24,000 nt of DNA from Acutalibacteraceae bacterium (GTDB lineage Bacteria > Bacillota > Clostridia > Oscillospirales > Acutalibacteraceae), in assembly GCA_045649935.1 (NCBI GenBank), contig JAZRQQ010000120.1, positions 1 to 24,000 of the forward strand, read 5' to 3'. The notes below the pieces were generated by a model. That model searched no databases and was not told the DNA's origin. It was given only the letters and a program-made list of their open reading frames with translations. Of the stretch, positions 22,233 to 24,000 are shown one piece after another. Made by a program: the position numbers and the translations under genes. Numbering within the stretch: the stretch's first letter is position 1; each line of letters starts with the position of its first letter.

Positions 22233-23360
22233 ATGATCGCTTATCTTGATAACAGCGCTACCACAAAGGTATGTGAAAACGCAAAAAAGCAGATGCTTCT
22301 TGCCATAGAAAACTGTTGGGGAAATCCCTCTTCTCTTCACGAAAAAGGCATCGAGGCTGAAGCTCTTCTTATAAAAGCCAGAGAGACAATTGCCAAAGCT
22401 CTCTGCTGCACAAGGGAAGAAATAATCTTCACAAGCGGAGGCACCGAGGGCAACAATCTTGCAATTCTCGGCGCAGCCCGTGCAAACAAAAGAAAGGGCA
22501 ACCGTGTTATCACCTCTGCCATTGAGCATCCGAGTGTGCAGAAATCCTTTGAAAAGCTTTCTCAGGAGGGCTTCGAGGTAATATATATCGGTACCGATGA
22601 AAAGGGACACCTTGATATGAAGGCTCTCTCCGAGGCAATAAACGAAAAAACCGTCCTTGTAAGTATTATGGCAGTAAACAACGAGGTAGGCACAATTGAG
22701 CCCGTTTCGGAAATCGCAGGCATTATCCGTCTTAAAAATTCTCCCGCCCTTTTTCACATTGATGCCGTTCAGGCCTTCGGTAAAATTCCCCTTAACGTAA
22801 AGAAGCTCGGAGCTGACCTTATGACCGTCAGCTCACATAAAATCCACGGACCCAAGGGAACGGGCGCTCTCTTTGTAAAAAAAGGAACAAAGCTTACACC
22901 TAATGCTCTCGGCGGCTCTCAGGAAAGGGAAATCCGTCCCGGCACCGAGCCCGTACCGGCAATAGCCGGCTTCATGGGTGCGGCAGAAGAGCTTACAGTA
23001 AGTGCTTCTCTTGAAAAAATAACGGCTCTGCGTGATTACTTTACGGAAAAGCTTAAGGAAAGAGAAGGCATTGAAATCAACAGTCCCGACGATGCTCTCC
23101 CCTATATAATCAACATCTCCCTGCCGGGATACAGAAGTGAAACCCTTCTGAATTTCCTCTCTGATGCGGGAATATATGTTTCCTCAGGCTCTGCCTGTGC
23201 AAAGGGACATAAGAGCCACGTGCTGACTGCCATGGGACTTTCAGACAGAACAATTGATTCATCTCTTCGTATCAGCCTTTCAAGATTTACCGAAAAGGAA
23301 GAGCTTGACTTTTTCCTTTGCAATATCGACAAGGCAATGAAGGTAATTATGAAAAAATAA
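22233..23360 (+). CDS. Cysteine desulfurase (NifS/IscS class V aminotransferase)
   Basis: The start is moved to ATG 22233 (RBS GAGGAGG). It has 'YLDNSATT', PLP-Lys 'SSHKIHGPKGTG' and active-site 'SSGSAC'. Confidence 0.9.
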   Translation: MIAYLDNSATTKVCENAKKQMLLAIENCWGNPSSLHEKGIEAEALLIKARETIAKALCCTREEIIFTSGGTEGNNLAILGAARANKRKGNRVITSAIEHPSVQKSFEKLSQEGFEVIYIGTDEKGHLDMKALSEAINEKTVLVSIMAVNNEVGTIEPVSEIAGIIRLKNSPALFHIDAVQAFGKIPLNVKKLGADLMTVSSHKIHGPKGTGALFVKKGTKLTPNALGGSQEREIRPGTEPVPAIAGFMGAAEELTVSASLEKITALRDYFTEKLKEREGIEINSPDDALPYIINISLPGYRSETLLNFLSDAGIYVSSGSACAKGHKSHVLTAMGLSDRTIDSSLRISLSRFTEKEELDFFLCNIDKAMKVIMKK

Positions 23361-23370
23361 GAGGTAGAAA

Positions 23371-24000
23371 ATGAAAGAAGTATTACTTTTAAAGAACGGA
23401 GAACTTGCCCTTAAAGGTCTTAACAGAAGCACCTTCGAGGATGTTCTTGTAAAAAATATCAAACGCAGACTTTTAAAATCTGTAGGTAAATTCACCTTCA
23501 CAAAATCACAGTCAACAATCGTTGCTGAGCCCGTAGACGAGGATATCGATTTTGATGAAGCTGTTGAGGTTATGAAAAAGGTTTTCGGTATCGTTGCTTT
23601 TTCAAAGGCAGCCGTTACGGAAAAGGACCTTGAATGTATGAAGGACGTTGCCCTTTCCTATCTCGGTGACGATTTAAGAAGCGTAAAGACCTTCAAGGTA
23701 AACGCAAAGAGAAGTGATAAAAGATTTCCTCTTACCTCTCCCGAAATCTGCCGTGAGGTAGGTGCACACCTTTTAAGAAACATCCCCTCACTCAGTGTTG
23801 ATGTTCACAATCCCGATATTACCGTAACCGTTGAAGTAAGAGACAAAAACGTCTTTATTCACGGTAATCAGATAAAGGGTGCAGGCGGTATGCCCGTCGG
23901 CACTGCAGGCAGAGTTGCTCTTCTCGTTTCCGGCGGAATTGACAGTCCCGTTGCAGGCTGGATGATGGCTAAAAGAGGTCTTCAGCTCAGCGCAGTTCAC
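23371..24000 (+). CDS. thiI: tRNA 4-thiouridine synthase ThiI (5' partial, runs off the window)
   Basis: ATG 23371 (RBS GAGGTAG) is open to the window end; this ORF is not in the track. It has 'MKEVLLLKNGELALKGLNR' and the PP-loop 'LLVSGGIDSPVA'. Confidence 0.85.
   Translation, partial: MKEVLLLKNGELALKGLNRSTFEDVLVKNIKRRLLKSVGKFTFTKSQSTIVAEPVDEDIDFDEAVEVMKKVFGIVAFSKAAVTEKDLECMKDVALSYLGDDLRSVKTFKVNAKRSDKRFPLTSPEICREVGAHLLRNIPSLSVDVHNPDITVTVEVRDKNVFIHGNQIKGAGGMPVGTAGRVALLVSGGIDSPVAGWMMAKRGLQLSAVH

Noticed and set aside
22155-22757. 200-aa minus-strand ORF
   Set aside because: It is antisense to the cysteine desulfurase gene, which has clear PLP and active-site motifs. It is a shadow ORF.

Overview
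This 24-kb window comes from a low-GC Gram-positive, Clostridia-like chromosome; that assignment is inferred only from gene content and RBS/codon style. Positions 804-9837 are an integrated element of about 9.0 kb. It is bounded by a perfect 46-bp direct repeat equal to the 3' part of a tRNA-Thr(CGU) gene, whose intact copy lies at 9792-9867 on the minus strand. The element carries a tyrosine integrase, an XRE-family regulator with a large extra domain, a divergent HTH/excisionase/HUH-Rep/antirepressor module, a sigma-70-like factor, an RHH protein, a putative PBECR-like nuclease and several small unknown genes. I found no capsid, terminase or conjugation genes, so it looks like an integrative mobilizable or phage-satellite-like island. 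To the right of the tRNA is ordinary core genome: helicase loader, DnaD-domain protein, glnA, SDR, TAXI-TRAP transporter, birA, ypeB-like, cysteine desulfurase and thiI. To the left are a four-helix-bundle (Avd / 23S-IVS family) gene, an odd box/hairpin array and a GC-rich structured segment at the window edge. The most unusual observation is a non-palindromic 7-mer, GCCCTCA/TGAGGGC, usually YGCCCTCAT. By my manual scan it occurs 27 times inside the 9-kb element, on both strands, in several reading frames and in intergenic hairpins, and not once in the other ~15 kb. The AT-rich putative cargo genes of the element lack it. All functional calls rest on motif recognition by eye; no searches were run.
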